A stretch of 52,652 nucleotides of DNA from Flavobacterium sp. (GCF_035760125.1 NZ_DASTTN010000028.1:1-52652); one strand, 5' to 3'. Positions 1 to 10,700 are shown, counted from the first letter of the stretch. Notes: a model not told the origin generated them from the letters alone. Numbers and translations: made by a program.

Positions 1-405
1 GGAGGAAAAGGACAATTGTCATCGGCATTAAAAAGTATTGACGCTTTGGGGTTACGAGGTAAAATTGCCATTATTGGTATTGCCAAAAGATTGGAAGAGT
101 TGTTTTATCCTGGAGATTCAATCCCTTTATATTTGGATAAAAAATCAGAAACTTTGAAAGTCATTCAGCAATTGCGAAATGAAGCGCATCGTTTTGGAAT
201 TACATTTCATCGCGATAAAAGGAGTAAGGCAGCACTCAATTCTTCTATAGAAAGTATTCCTGGAATTGGTGAAAAAACGATGCAGACATTAATTCAACAT
301 TTTAAAAGTGTTAAAAGATTGAAATTGGCAACCGAAAAAGAAATTTCTGACGTTATAGGTGTGTCAAAAGCCAAAAAAATTACCGACTTTTACAAAACAA
401 AGTAA
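1..405 (+). CDS. uvrC: Excinuclease ABC subunit C, C-terminal part (gene begins before the window)
   Basis: Frame open from base 1 (GGKGQLS, part of the DGGKGQ motif); IAKRLEE, RNEAHRFGITFHR and helix-hairpin-helix IPGIGEK. Confidence 0.95.
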   Translation, partial: GGKGQLSSALKSIDALGLRGKIAIIGIAKRLEELFYPGDSIPLYLDKKSETLKVIQQLRNEAHRFGITFHRDKRSKAALNSSIESIPGIGEKTMQTLIQHFKSVKRLKLATEKEISDVIGVSKAKKITDFYKTK

Positions 406-415
406 TTTGCCCTTT

Positions 416-2611
416 ATGTATAGAATACTGATTTTTATTCTTTTGTTTTTTACTTGTTTGAATTCATTTTCCCAAGACACACTCAAAAAGCCTAAAATAG
501 GCTTAGTGTTGAGCGGAGGCGGAGCCAAAGGGTTTGCTCATATTGGTGTTTTAAATGTATTGGAAGATGCAGGAATAAAGATAGATTACATTGGCGGAAC
601 CAGTATGGGAGCCGTTATAGGCGGACTTTATGCAATGGGATATAATGCTAAACAAATCGATTCTATTATTGATGTGACCAATTTCAGTAATGTCCTGAAC
701 GATTATATTCCCCGATCTTCCAAGAATTTTTATGAAAAGAGAAATGACGAATTATATGCGTTGACGCTTCCGTTTAATAAATTGATTATTGGTGCGCCAG
801 AGGCATTGTCAAAAGGGATGTATAACTTCAATTTATTAAGCAGATTGACATTGCCTGTTCGACATGTTCGTAATTTTAATGAACTGCCAATTCCTTTTTT
901 GTGTGTAGGAACCAATATTGCCCTTGGAGAGCAAGTGGTTTTTGACAAAGGAATTTTGGCTCAGGCAATAACGGGAAGTTCTTCTTTGCCTTCTATATTT
1001 GCGCCAGTTGTAATCGATAATAACCTTATTGTTGATGGAGGGGTAATTAATAATTATCCTATTGAAGAAGTTCGAAAAATGGGGGCCGATATAATAATAG
1101 GAGTAGACGTGCAATCAGGTTTACTCAGTAAAGACGAATTAAGAAGTGCTTCAAAAATTTTCTTTCAAATCACCAATTTGCAGATGATTGAAAGAATGAA
1201 AACAAATGCAAATCTAACGGAAGTTTATATCAAACCTGACGTGAAAAATTACGGAGTGGTAACCTTTGACAAAGCTGCAGAAATTATTAAAAAAGGAGAA
1301 GACGCTACTTTTGCTGTGTTTGAAAAAATTGAACTTTTAGCAGATAAAGCGAATCCTTATCACAAGCCCAAATTGAAAGTGGAAACGGATAGCTTAACGA
1401 TTGTGGATATTAAAACCAATGAACTCCAAAATTTTTCCAGAGATTATATTATCGGGAAATTAAACTTTAAGCCTGGATCCAAAATAAGTTTTAGAAACTT
1501 GGAAACTGGAATAAACAATCTTAATGCTACTCAAAATTTTAGTGCTGTGAGTTATTATTTTGAGAAAAATGGAGAGCATGATGATTTGATTCTCACCTTA
1601 ACCGAAAGTCCTATAAAAACAAATTTGAAATTTGGATTGCATTACGATGGTTTGTACAAAAGTGCTATTTTGGCTAATGTGACCAATAAAAAAACGTTTT
1701 TTAAAAATGACTTTTTATCTGCCGATTTGGTTTTGGGAGATAACGTAAGGTATTATTTTGACTACTATATTGATAATGGATACCAATTGAGTTATGGTTT
1801 CAAATCCCAATTAAACCGATTTAATAAAAACATTCCGGTGAGTGTGATAACCTATAATAGCGACGGAACAAATTCTATAAATATTGATTATCTTGATTTT
1901 TCTAATCAGATTTATATTCAATCCGTATTTGCACAAAAATTCCTTATTGGAGTTGGGGCCGAATTTGAATATCTTGACATTACTTCTGAAACGCTAGAAG
2001 TAGAGCCAACGATTACCAAAAGCAATTATTTTAGTCTCTTTGGATATATAAAATACGATTCTTACGACAACAAATATTTTCCTAAAAAAGGCTGGTATTT
2101 TTCAGGAAATCAACAGTTTTATATGTTTTCTTCTGAAAGTACAGCAAATTTTGAACCCTTTTCTATTGTAAGTGCCGAAGCTGGTATTGCAAGAACAATT
2201 TTTAAGAATACAACAATAAAACTTCAGGCAGAAGCTGGAGCTTCAATTGGAAATAAAAGTTTGCCTTATTTTGACTTTATTTTGGGGGGTTATGGATTTA
2301 ATAACACCAATAATTTCAAGTATTTTTATGGTTATGATTACTTAAGTATTGCGGGCAATAGTTATTTGGAAACCAGTATTACACTTGACTTTGAAATTTT
2401 CAAAAAGAATCATCTTAATCTTTCGGCGAATTATGCCAATTTAGAAGATGATTTATACGATTCCTTGGATTGGATTTCATTGCCCAAGTATTCGGGATAT
2501 GCGTTGGGTTACGGATTGGAAACTGTTATTGGTCCAGTCGAAGTAAAATATTCCTGGTCTCCGGAAACCTCAAATTCCTATCTTTGGATCAGTGTCGGAT
2601 TTATATTTTAA
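416..2611 (+). CDS. Patatin-like phospholipase with POTRA-like and C-terminal beta-barrel regions (PlpD-like)
   Basis: Start moved to ATG 416, giving signal peptide MYRILIFILLFF; LSGGGAKG, GTSMG and DGG patatin motifs; terminal Phe typical of outer-membrane barrels. Confidence 0.88.
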   Translation: MYRILIFILLFFTCLNSFSQDTLKKPKIGLVLSGGGAKGFAHIGVLNVLEDAGIKIDYIGGTSMGAVIGGLYAMGYNAKQIDSIIDVTNFSNVLNDYIPRSSKNFYEKRNDELYALTLPFNKLIIGAPEALSKGMYNFNLLSRLTLPVRHVRNFNELPIPFLCVGTNIALGEQVVFDKGILAQAITGSSSLPSIFAPVVIDNNLIVDGGVINNYPIEEVRKMGADIIIGVDVQSGLLSKDELRSASKIFFQITNLQMIERMKTNANLTEVYIKPDVKNYGVVTFDKAAEIIKKGEDATFAVFEKIELLADKANPYHKPKLKVETDSLTIVDIKTNELQNFSRDYIIGKLNFKPGSKISFRNLETGINNLNATQNFSAVSYYFEKNGEHDDLILTLTESPIKTNLKFGLHYDGLYKSAILANVTNKKTFFKNDFLSADLVLGDNVRYYFDYYIDNGYQLSYGFKSQLNRFNKNIPVSVITYNSDGTNSINIDYLDFSNQIYIQSVFAQKFLIGVGAEFEYLDITSETLEVEPTITKSNYFSLFGYIKYDSYDNKYFPKKGWYFSGNQQFYMFSSESTANFEPFSIVSAEAGIARTIFKNTTIKLQAEAGASIGNKSLPYFDFILGGYGFNNTNNFKYFYGYDYLSIAGNSYLETSITLDFEIFKKNHLNLSANYANLEDDLYDSLDWISLPKYSGYALGYGLETVIGPVEVKYSWSPETSNSYLWISVGFIF

Positions 2612-2854
2612 TTTGTATTTTTTTAAATAAAAATTACGATATTTGTAATTATGAAAACAAATTGGACAGGTTTATTAGAGTATCTTCAATTCTTAATCAA
2701 AAGAAATCCAGAGTGATTTTATTGGTGCAATTAGCCTATTAGTATTGTCAAAGAATTGAATACTTGATTGTGTATATCAAAGTTTTGTTTAAAAAAAGCA
2801 AACTATTTGACGCTACGATTTTTACGAATTGTTTACTATCTAATTTAAATTGTT

Positions 2855-4012
2855 ATGCCAATATATCATAAACTAGGAAATATTCCTCCTAAAAGACACA
2901 CCCAGTTTGAAAAACCAAATGGAGGTTTGTATTACGAACAACTATTTGGAACAGAGGGTTTTCATGGACATTCTTCCTTGTCCTATCATATTCATCGACC
3001 GACTCAGGTCAAAGAAATTTTAAAATCGTATTCCGTTGAGCCCAAAATTGCGATCGGGAAAAACATAAAATCATTATTGTTAAAAGGCTTCGAATTGAAA
3101 CCCGAAGATGATTTCTTGGACAGCCGAAAAGCAATGTTGGTCAATAGGGATTGCATCATAGGATTGGCAGCGCCTAGAAAATCATTGACTAATTATTTCT
3201 ATAAAAATGCCGATGCCGATGAAATGATTTTTATACACAAAGGCAAAGGAAAGCTTAGAACCATGCTTGGGAATATTCCTTTTGAGTATGGTGATTATTT
3301 GATTATTCCACGCGGAATCATTTACCAAATCGAATTTGAAACCGAAGACAATCGTTTGTTTTATGTAGAATCCTATTCTCCTTTTTATACACCAAAACGC
3401 TATAAAAATGAATCGGGACAACACTTGGAACATTCTCCATTTTGTGAGCGTGATTTTATTTTGCCAAACGAATTAGAATCACATGATGAAAAAGGAGATT
3501 TTGTCATCAAAATGAAAAAAGAAGGAATGATGCATGAAGTAGTTTATGCAACACATCCTTTTGACGTTGTGGGTTGGGACGGTTACAACTTTCCGTACGG
3601 ATTTTCGATTCACAATTTTGAACCTATAACGGGGCGTGTACACCAACCGCCACCGGTCCACCAAACATTCGAGACAGGCACTTTTGTGGTTTGTTCTTTC
3701 GTGCCAAGACTTTACGATTACCACCCAAAATCCATTCCTGCACCATACAATCACAGTAATATTGATAGTGACGAGGTGTTGTATTATGTAGATGGCGATT
3801 TCATGAGCCGTAACAATATAGAGCAAGGACACATTACATTACACCCAAAAGGAATTCCACATGGACCCGCTCCAGGTGCTATGGAACGTAGCATCGGACA
3901 CAAGGATACTCAGGAATTGGCCGTAATGGTCGATACCTTCCGTCCGCTTATGGTAACCGAGGAAGCTATGGGAATAGACGATGGACAATACTATAAATCT
4001 TGGGTAGAGTAA
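2855..4012 (+). CDS. hmgA: Homogentisate 1,2-dioxygenase
   Basis: PFDVVGWDG, HQPPPVH, PYNHSNIDSDE and HGP motifs; next to hppD. Confidence 0.92.
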   Translation: MPIYHKLGNIPPKRHTQFEKPNGGLYYEQLFGTEGFHGHSSLSYHIHRPTQVKEILKSYSVEPKIAIGKNIKSLLLKGFELKPEDDFLDSRKAMLVNRDCIIGLAAPRKSLTNYFYKNADADEMIFIHKGKGKLRTMLGNIPFEYGDYLIIPRGIIYQIEFETEDNRLFYVESYSPFYTPKRYKNESGQHLEHSPFCERDFILPNELESHDEKGDFVIKMKKEGMMHEVVYATHPFDVVGWDGYNFPYGFSIHNFEPITGRVHQPPPVHQTFETGTFVVCSFVPRLYDYHPKSIPAPYNHSNIDSDEVLYYVDGDFMSRNNIEQGHITLHPKGIPHGPAPGAMERSIGHKDTQELAVMVDTFRPLMVTEEAMGIDDGQYYKSWVE

Positions 4013-4051
4013 ATCATCTCGAAGAACGAAAATCACATTTAATAAATTAAT

Positions 4052-4182
4052 TAGGAGCTATTCCTGCTATCCGTTGCAAACGAAGTTCACTGAACTCCGC
4101 TTAAAATGAAAGTTAAGTGAAGTAATCTTTTATTTTTTAAAGAAAAAAATAAAAGGATTTCCATTACTATCAGGGCTAGGGC
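4052..4182 (+). repeat. Palindromic intergenic repeat, type A, carrying a 44-bp insertion
   Basis: TAGGAGCTATTCCTGCTATCCGTTGC...GGATTTCCATTACTATCAGGGCTAGGGC aligns with the copy at 49245-49330. Confidence 0.85.
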
Positions 4183-4245
4183 TTTAGAACAATCAATAAC
4201 ATTTTCTGGAATCATAAAAAATTCCGAATCAAAAAAATAAACACA

Positions 4246-5406
4246 ATGGCAAAAGAAGTAAAATCAGTAGAATACGGATTAGAGAAAATATTCGAAGGAG
4301 CACAAGATTTCCTTCCGCTTTTAGGAACCGATTATGTCGAGTTCTATGTAGGTAACGCAAAGCAATCTGCACATTATTATAAAACCGCTTTTGGTTATCA
4401 ATCATTGGCGTATGCCGGATTGGAAACAGGAGTAAAAGACAGGGCGTCTTATGTATTAAAACAAGACAAAATCCGAATTGTTTTAACCACTCCATTAACG
4501 CAAGATTCACCACTTCACGATCATTTAAAAAAACACGGTGATGGAGTAAAAGTAGCTGCGCTTTGGGTAGAAGATGCAAGAAGCGCTTACGAAGAAACAA
4601 TGAAGCGTGGTGCTCGCTCATTTATGGAACCAACAGTCGAGCAAGATGAGTTTGGAGAAGTAGTGCGTTCTGGTATTTATACTTACGGAGAAACAGTTCA
4701 TATTTTTGTAGAAAGAAAAAACTACAACGGTATTTTCTTGCCAGGATATAAAGAATGGAAATCCGATTACAATCCGGAACCAACAGGTCTGAAATATATA
4801 GATCACATGGTTGGAAATGTGGGTTGGAACGAAATGAATACTTGGGTGAAATTCTATGAAGACGTAATGGGATTTGTTAATTTCCTTTCTTTCGATGACA
4901 AACAAATCAATACCGAATATTCGGCTTTGATGAGTAAAGTGATGTCAAACGGAAACGGAAGAATCAAATTCCCTATTAATGAACCAGCCGAAGGAAAGAA
5001 AAAATCACAAATTGAAGAATACTTGGATTTCTATGGAGGACCTGGAATTCAGCACATCGCCATCGCCACCGATGATATCATAAAAACAGTTTCACAATTA
5101 AAAGCTAGAGGCGTAGAATTTTTATCACCACCACCACATACTTATTATGAAGCGATTCCAGAAAGATTGGGAGTGCATATGGATATGATGAAAGAGGATT
5201 TGAACGAGATAGAAAAACTGGCCATTATGGTAGATGCCGATGAAGATGGTTATTTATTGCAAATTTTCACCAAACCAGTTCAAGACCGTCCAACTTTGTT
5301 TTTTGAAATTATTCAAAGAATGGGTGCCAAAGGATTTGGTGCAGGGAACTTTAAAGCACTTTTTGAGTCAATTGAACGCGAACAGCAATTGCGAGGAACT
5401 CTGTAA
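4246..5406 (+). CDS. hppD: 4-hydroxyphenylpyruvate dioxygenase
   Basis: IDHMVGNV, GIQHIA, LLQIFTKP and FEIIQRMGAKGFGAGNF motifs. Confidence 0.97.
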   Translation: MAKEVKSVEYGLEKIFEGAQDFLPLLGTDYVEFYVGNAKQSAHYYKTAFGYQSLAYAGLETGVKDRASYVLKQDKIRIVLTTPLTQDSPLHDHLKKHGDGVKVAALWVEDARSAYEETMKRGARSFMEPTVEQDEFGEVVRSGIYTYGETVHIFVERKNYNGIFLPGYKEWKSDYNPEPTGLKYIDHMVGNVGWNEMNTWVKFYEDVMGFVNFLSFDDKQINTEYSALMSKVMSNGNGRIKFPINEPAEGKKKSQIEEYLDFYGGPGIQHIAIATDDIIKTVSQLKARGVEFLSPPPHTYYEAIPERLGVHMDMMKEDLNEIEKLAIMVDADEDGYLLQIFTKPVQDRPTLFFEIIQRMGAKGFGAGNFKALFESIEREQQLRGTL

Positions 5407-5527
5407 AATTTCATTTTTTTTGCATTATCAAAAAAAATAATAGTTAAATAACCCTTAAAGTTGCAAATGTTGTGTTAAACTTGATTTTTTGCTAAGAAAA
5501 CGTTGATTGATGGTGTACTTTTGCACT

Positions 5528-5642
5528 CGCAAATCAGGAAGGGGTGGTTTCCTTCTTAGTTTCATATAAATTTTCATAATTTATAGTTTTTTGGTTAGTT
5601 AATAGCATAAAAACTCAGTCATTAATTTGACTGAGTTTTTTT
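5528..5642 (+). ncRNA. Candidate stand-alone small RNA (~115 nt)
   Basis: TACTTTTG -7 motif at 5516-5523, short GAAGG/CCTTC hairpin, no ATG on this strand, strong terminator at 5609-5642; the next gene has its own TACATTTG at 5650-5657. Confidence 0.5.
5609..5642 (+). terminator. Intrinsic terminator
   Basis: AAAAACTCAGTCA-loop-TGACTGAGTTTTTTT. Confidence 0.85.
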
Positions 5643-5687
5643 GTTTTAATACATTTGAGGTTATTTTAGTTGTAATGTATCGAATCC

Positions 5688-6461
5688 ATGAAAAAAATTA
5701 TAATTTTCTTGTTAGTGGTCTTCACTTTAGGTTTCGATAATGAGAAAGATGAAGCCTTTTCAGGAGGTGAATATCTAAAATTTAGAGTGCATTATGGGCT
5801 ATTAAATGCCGGTTATGCCACACTTGAAGTCAAAGACGAAACATTAAGTGGTCAGCCTGTTTTTCACGTTATAGGAAAAGGCTTTTCAACCGGCATGACT
5901 AAATTTTTTTTTGATGTTCAAGATGTTTATGAAAGCTACATTGATAAGGATACTAGAAATCCATACAGATTTGTTAGAAAAATAGACGAAGGCGGATATA
6001 CTAAGAATCAAGAAGGATTCTTTAATCAAAAAACTAATAAAGTCTTGGTGAAAGACTACAAGCACAAAACCGAAAAAACATTTGACTTTTCCAAAAACAC
6101 ACAAGACATATTGTCGTCATTTTATTATCTACGAAATTATCCGAATATCAATAAAATAAAAACAGGTGATTCGATAATTATCGATATGTTTTTCGACAAT
6201 GAGACTACAAAATTTAAGTTAAAATTTATAGGTAGAGAAGATATTAAAACTAAATTTGGCGTTGTTTCTGCGATGATTTTTAGACCTTTAGTACAGTCTG
6301 GGCGGATATTTAAGGAAGAGGAAAGTTTAACGGTTTGGATTTCAGACGACTATAACAAGATTCCACTTAGAATAAAAGCGAGTCTCTTGGTAGGGTCGAT
6401 TAAAGCTGATTTGGAAGAGTACAAAGGATTGAATAATCCGTTTAAATTAAAAGCAAAATGA
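5688..6461 (+). CDS. DUF3108-family exported protein
   Basis: Signal peptide; GEYLKFRVHYG and WISDDYNKIPLRIKA pattern recalled for this family. Confidence 0.75.
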   Translation: MKKIIIFLLVVFTLGFDNEKDEAFSGGEYLKFRVHYGLLNAGYATLEVKDETLSGQPVFHVIGKGFSTGMTKFFFDVQDVYESYIDKDTRNPYRFVRKIDEGGYTKNQEGFFNQKTNKVLVKDYKHKTEKTFDFSKNTQDILSSFYYLRNYPNINKIKTGDSIIIDMFFDNETTKFKLKFIGREDIKTKFGVVSAMIFRPLVQSGRIFKEEESLTVWISDDYNKIPLRIKASLLVGSIKADLEEYKGLNNPFKLKAK

Positions 6462-7390
6462 CAATAAATGATACCACTGCATCAATTTTGGATGAAATTG
6501 ATCAAAAATTTCAAAAAATAAATCAAAAAACGGAGACACATCTTGAAGGATTGCTTTGGTCAAAACCGATAACTTATTGGGATTATATTCAAACTGATGC
6601 ATTGTTGAATTTACAGATTCAAAGAACAACGCTTCCGGATGAAATGGTTTTTATCATGTATCATCAAGTCAATGAATTACTTTTTAAAATGATACTTTGG
6701 GAAATGCATCAAATTTCCTATGCTGAAAAACTGACAACCGATTTTTTTACAGAGCGATTAATGAGAATTAGCCGTTACTTTGACATGCTTACCACTTCTT
6801 TTGATATTATGGGAGATGGTATGGAGGTTGAACAGTATATGAAATTTAGAAATACGTTAACTCCAGCAAGTGGTTTTCAAAGCGCACAATATAGAATGAT
6901 AGAAATAGCTTCAACGGATTTAATTAATCTTATCGATTACCGTTTTAGAGCAAGTATTGATAGAAATACACCATACGAACATGCTTTGAATCACATGTAT
7001 TGGCAAGCTGCTGGTAAAGACCATCAAACTGGAGAGAAGTCTTATTTGTTATTGGAGTTTGAACGCAAATACAAAGCTGCATTTTTGACCCAAATGGAAG
7101 AATATAACACTATAAACCTTTGGCAGAAATTTAAACAATTACCAGAATCTGATCGCGAAAACCCTGAATTGGTTAAAGCCATGCGTCATTACGATCACAC
7201 GGTAAATATTACTTGGGTAATGGGACATTTAAATGCCGCCAGAAAGTATATTGATAGTGGAAAAGGAGATGGTGAGGCAACTGGAGGAAGTGATTGGAAA
7301 AAATATATGCACCCAAGATATCAAAGAAGAATCTTCTTCCCGGAATTATGGAGTGAAGAGGAATTGGCTAATTGGGGAGTAGAAAACTAA
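6458..7390 (+). CDS. Tryptophan 2,3-dioxygenase family protein
   Basis: YWDYIQTDALL, DEMVFIMYHQVNEL and PASGFQSAQYR motifs; ATGA overlap with the upstream gene. Confidence 0.9.
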   Translation: MTINDTTASILDEIDQKFQKINQKTETHLEGLLWSKPITYWDYIQTDALLNLQIQRTTLPDEMVFIMYHQVNELLFKMILWEMHQISYAEKLTTDFFTERLMRISRYFDMLTTSFDIMGDGMEVEQYMKFRNTLTPASGFQSAQYRMIEIASTDLINLIDYRFRASIDRNTPYEHALNHMYWQAAGKDHQTGEKSYLLLEFERKYKAAFLTQMEEYNTINLWQKFKQLPESDRENPELVKAMRHYDHTVNITWVMGHLNAARKYIDSGKGDGEATGGSDWKKYMHPRYQRRIFFPELWSEEELANWGVEN

Positions 7391-7408
7391 AGATTAAAAA
7401 GAGATAAC

Positions 7409-8626
7409 TTGAAGCAGGTAATTGTAATTTTAGTAGTGCTGTTTTCCTTGATATCCTGTAATAGGAGTGAGGATGTTGTGGAAAATCAAGTAATTCCAAA
7501 GTCAAAAAAGAGTGATTTTGGTTTTAAATTTTCTGATTTTAATGTTGTTCTGGATTCTGTAAAGTCAGGAGATACTTTTGGGAGTATTTTGCAAAATCAA
7601 AACATTGGAGACAAAAAAGTATTTGATATTGTTGCCCAAGTGAAAGACACTTTCGATGTGCGTACCATTAGAATTAATAAACATTACACACTGCTTCGTT
7701 CCAAGAATAAAACCAATACGCTGGATGTCTTTATATACCAGCCAGATGCTTTAAATTATTATGTGATTGATTTGAGGGATTCAATTGCAAAGGCATATAA
7801 AAAGACAAAACCTTTAACGTTAAAACGTCGAACTATTGGCGGAGTCTTAAAAGGGTCGTTATCCGAGACTTTGGAATCAGCTAATGTTGAAGGGGCTTTG
7901 GCAACGAGAATTTCTAAGATTTTTGCTTGGTCTATCGATTTCTTTAAAGTAAAAAAGGGAGACCGATTTGGATTGACCTTTACCGAAAGATATATCAATG
8001 ATTCTATTTATGATGGTGTAGATAGTCTTGAGGCTGCTTTTTTTGAATATAAAGGGAAGATTATTTATGCTTTCCCATTTGAACAAAATCTGGGTTCGGG
8101 TAAAGTTGATTATTATGATGAAGATGGAAAAACACTGAAGAATTTTTTCCTTAAAACACCAATTAAATTTAGTCGTATTACTTCTCATTTTAGTTCTAAT
8201 CGTTTTCATCCTGTACAACAAATATGGAAAGCCCACAAAGGAACCGATTATGCGGCACCTTATGGGACACCAATTTCTACGACTGCTGCTGGAATAGTCG
8301 AACAAACGGGCTATACGGCTGGTAATGGTAACTTTGTGAAAGTAAAACACAACAAGGTTTACTCCACTCAATATTTACACATGTCTCGAATATTAGTAAG
8401 ACGCGGGCAACATGTTAATCAAGGACAAACTATTGGATTGGTTGGAAGTACAGGATTGGCAACTGGTCCACACGTATGTTATCGTTTTTGGAAAAATGGT
8501 GTTCAGGTCGATGCATTACGTTTGAAATTACCAAATGGGGAACCTATGAACCCAAAAAACAAAGAACGTTTCTTAAAGAAAATAGAGCCATTGAAATTTG
8601 AATTGGACAGTGTTTCCAATTTATAG
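7409..8626 (+). CDS. M23-family peptidoglycan DD-endopeptidase lipoprotein
   Basis: Lipobox LISC; HKGTDYAA, YLHMS and ATGPHVCY zinc motifs. Confidence 0.9.
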   Translation: MKQVIVILVVLFSLISCNRSEDVVENQVIPKSKKSDFGFKFSDFNVVLDSVKSGDTFGSILQNQNIGDKKVFDIVAQVKDTFDVRTIRINKHYTLLRSKNKTNTLDVFIYQPDALNYYVIDLRDSIAKAYKKTKPLTLKRRTIGGVLKGSLSETLESANVEGALATRISKIFAWSIDFFKVKKGDRFGLTFTERYINDSIYDGVDSLEAAFFEYKGKIIYAFPFEQNLGSGKVDYYDEDGKTLKNFFLKTPIKFSRITSHFSSNRFHPVQQIWKAHKGTDYAAPYGTPISTTAAGIVEQTGYTAGNGNFVKVKHNKVYSTQYLHMSRILVRRGQHVNQGQTIGLVGSTGLATGPHVCYRFWKNGVQVDALRLKLPNGEPMNPKNKERFLKKIEPLKFELDSVSNL

Positions 8627-8729
8627 AAGCGATTTTCAGGCTTATTTAAACCAAGTTAATTTATTCTTTTAATTTGATATTTAATTGTTATATAATGTAC
8701 TGATTTTAGTCCAATCAAACTTATTTCAG

Positions 8730-8737
8730 TAAATTTG
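8730..8737 (+). promoter_or_regulatory. Bacteroidota -7 promoter element for pgi
   Basis: TAAATTTG matches TAnnTTTG, 26 nt before the ATG. Confidence 0.6.
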
Positions 8738-8763
8738 CACAATTATAAAAAACTAGAATTAAA

Positions 8764-10407
8764 ATGGCTTTAAATACAATAAACCCAACTGAAACTTCTG
8801 CTTGGAAAAAACTGCAAGCACACTATAATGAAACACAAAAGGCTTCGATGACAGCAATGTTTCAAGCCGATTCTTCAAGAACCGAAAAGTTCCATTTGAA
8901 ATGGAATGATTTTTTGGTTGATTACTCTAAAAATAGAATTAATCAGGAAACAATTGATTTGTTACTTGAGTTAGCAAACGAAACAGGTTTGAAAAATGCT
9001 ATTTCCGATTATTTTGGAGGAGCAATTATTAATCAAACAGAAAATAGAGCTGTTTTACATACTGCTTTGCGTGCCAAAGAATCAGCTGTAATTAATGTGG
9101 ATGGGATCAATGTGATGCCAGAAGTATATGCTGTGAAAAACAAAGTAAAATCATTTACAAACGAAATAACTTCTGGACAAAGAACAGGATATACAGGGAA
9201 GCCATTTACAGATATCGTTAATATTGGTATTGGTGGTTCAGATTTAGGACCTGTTATGGCAGTTGAAGCTTTACAATATTATAAAAATCATTTAAATGTA
9301 CATTTTGCATCTAATGTTGATGGGGATCACGTAAATGAAATTATTAAAAAGTTAAATCCAGAAACTACCTTATTTGTGATTGTTTCCAAAACATTTACAA
9401 CTCAAGAGACTTTAACAAATTCTGAAACCATTAAAGCTTGGTTTTTAAAATCGGCCAGCCAAGAGGATGTTGCAAAACATTTTGTGGCGGTTTCTACCAA
9501 TATACAGAAAGTAACTGAATTCGGAATCAATCCTGACAACGTATTCCCAATGTGGGACTGGGTTGGAGGACGTTTTTCTTTATGGAGTGCAGTAGGGCTT
9601 TCTATAAGTTTAGCGGTTGGTTTTGATAATTTCAACGATTTGTTAAGTGGAGCCAATGAAATGGACGAACATTTCAAAACAGCTGATTTTGACAAAAATA
9701 TTCCTGTAACACTTGCCTTATTGAGTGTTTGGTATAATAATTTCTTTGGTGCCGAGAGTGAAGCTTTGATTCCTTATACACAATATTTGCAAAAACTGGC
9801 TCCTTATTTACAACAAGGAACAATGGAAAGTAACGGTAAGAGTGTAGGGCGTAATGGGAAACCGGTAAACTACGAAACGGGAACTATTATTTGGGGCGAA
9901 CCTGGAACCAATGCACAGCATGCCTTTTTTCAGTTAATACACCAAGGGACGAAATTGATCCCTTCTGATTTTATTGGATTTGTAAAACCTTTATATGGAA
10001 ATGACGATCATCATGATAAATTGATGTCGAACTTTTTTGCGCAGACAGAAGCTTTGATGAATGGAAAATCAGAAGAACAAGTTCAAGCTGAGTTTGACAA
10101 ACAAGGATTGAGTGCTGAGAAAGCAAGTGTTCTTTTGCCGTTTAAAGTGTTTACTGGAAATAAACCAACCAATACAATTTTGATTCAAAAATTGACACCA
10201 AAATCATTAGGGTCTCTGATTGCGATGTATGAACATAAAATCTTTGTGCAAGGTATTATTTGGAATATATTTAGTTTTGATCAATGGGGAGTTGAACTTG
10301 GAAAGCAATTGGCTAATTCAATATTAGAGGAGATTCATACCAAACAAGTTAAGAGTCACGATAGTTCTACAAAATTCTTATTAAATCATTTTTTGAATAA
10401 TAAGTAG
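8764..10407 (+). CDS. pgi: Glucose-6-phosphate isomerase
   Basis: [30 protein letters not shown] and [10 protein letters not shown] motifs. Confidence 0.98.
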   Translation: MALNTINPTETSAWKKLQAHYNETQKASMTAMFQADSSRTEKFHLKWNDFLVDYSKNRINQETIDLLLELANETGLKNAISDYFGGAIINQTENRAVLHTALRAKESAVINVDGINVMPEVYAVKNKVKSFTNEITSGQRTGYTGKPFTDIVNIGIGGSDLGPVMAVEALQYYKNHLNVHFASNVDGDHVNEIIKKLNPETTLFVIVSKTFTTQETLTNSETIKAWFLKSASQEDVAKHFVAVSTNIQKVTEFGINPDNVFPMWDWVGGRFSLWSAVGLSISLAVGFDNFNDLLSGANEMDEHFKTADFDKNIPVTLALLSVWYNNFFGAESEALIPYTQYLQKLAPYLQQGTMESNGKSVGRNGKPVNYETGTIIWGEPGTNAQHAFFQLIHQGTKLIPSDFIGFVKPLYGNDDHHDKLMSNFFAQTEALMNGKSEEQVQAEFDKQGLSAEKASVLLPFKVFTGNKPTNTILIQKLTPKSLGSLIAMYEHKIFVQGIIWNIFSFDQWGVELGKQLANSILEEIHTKQVKSHDSSTKFLLNHFLNNK

Positions 10408-10423
10408 ATCGTTTTAAATAGGT

Positions 10424-10460
10424 AAAAAGCTCTGATTTTTTTAAAATCAGAGCTTTTTTT
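10424..10460 (+). terminator. pgi intrinsic terminator
   Basis: AAAAAGCTCTGATTTT...AAAATCAGAGCTTTTTTT. Confidence 0.85.
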
Positions 10461-10700
10461 ATTCCAATAAGTTACATTTTTTTTAGAAAATAAGAAAAGT
10501 AGAATTTGACCTGTCGTTTTTAATATGAAATTCTTATAATTTTAAATTTTAATTAGTAAAAATGATAAAACATTAACGATAAAATTGTAATATGCTTTTT
10601 ATGGGTATGAAAGTTATTAAAAGTGCAATTTCTTAAAGCTTTCTTAACATTAATTCGTTCAAATGTTATAATTTTGCCAAAAATATTTAAAATAACAAGA

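Noticed and set aside
2855-7390. hmgA-hppD-TDO cluster as a novel pathway
   Set aside because: Ordinary aromatic amino-acid catabolism genes; both hmgA and hppD look intact.
10623-10700. N-terminal extensions given by the ORF track (also 359-415, 28611-28688, 30128-30169, 42879-42908)
   Set aside because: They overlap promoter motifs or upstream genes, or precede clear signal peptides or conserved N-termini; downstream starts fit better.
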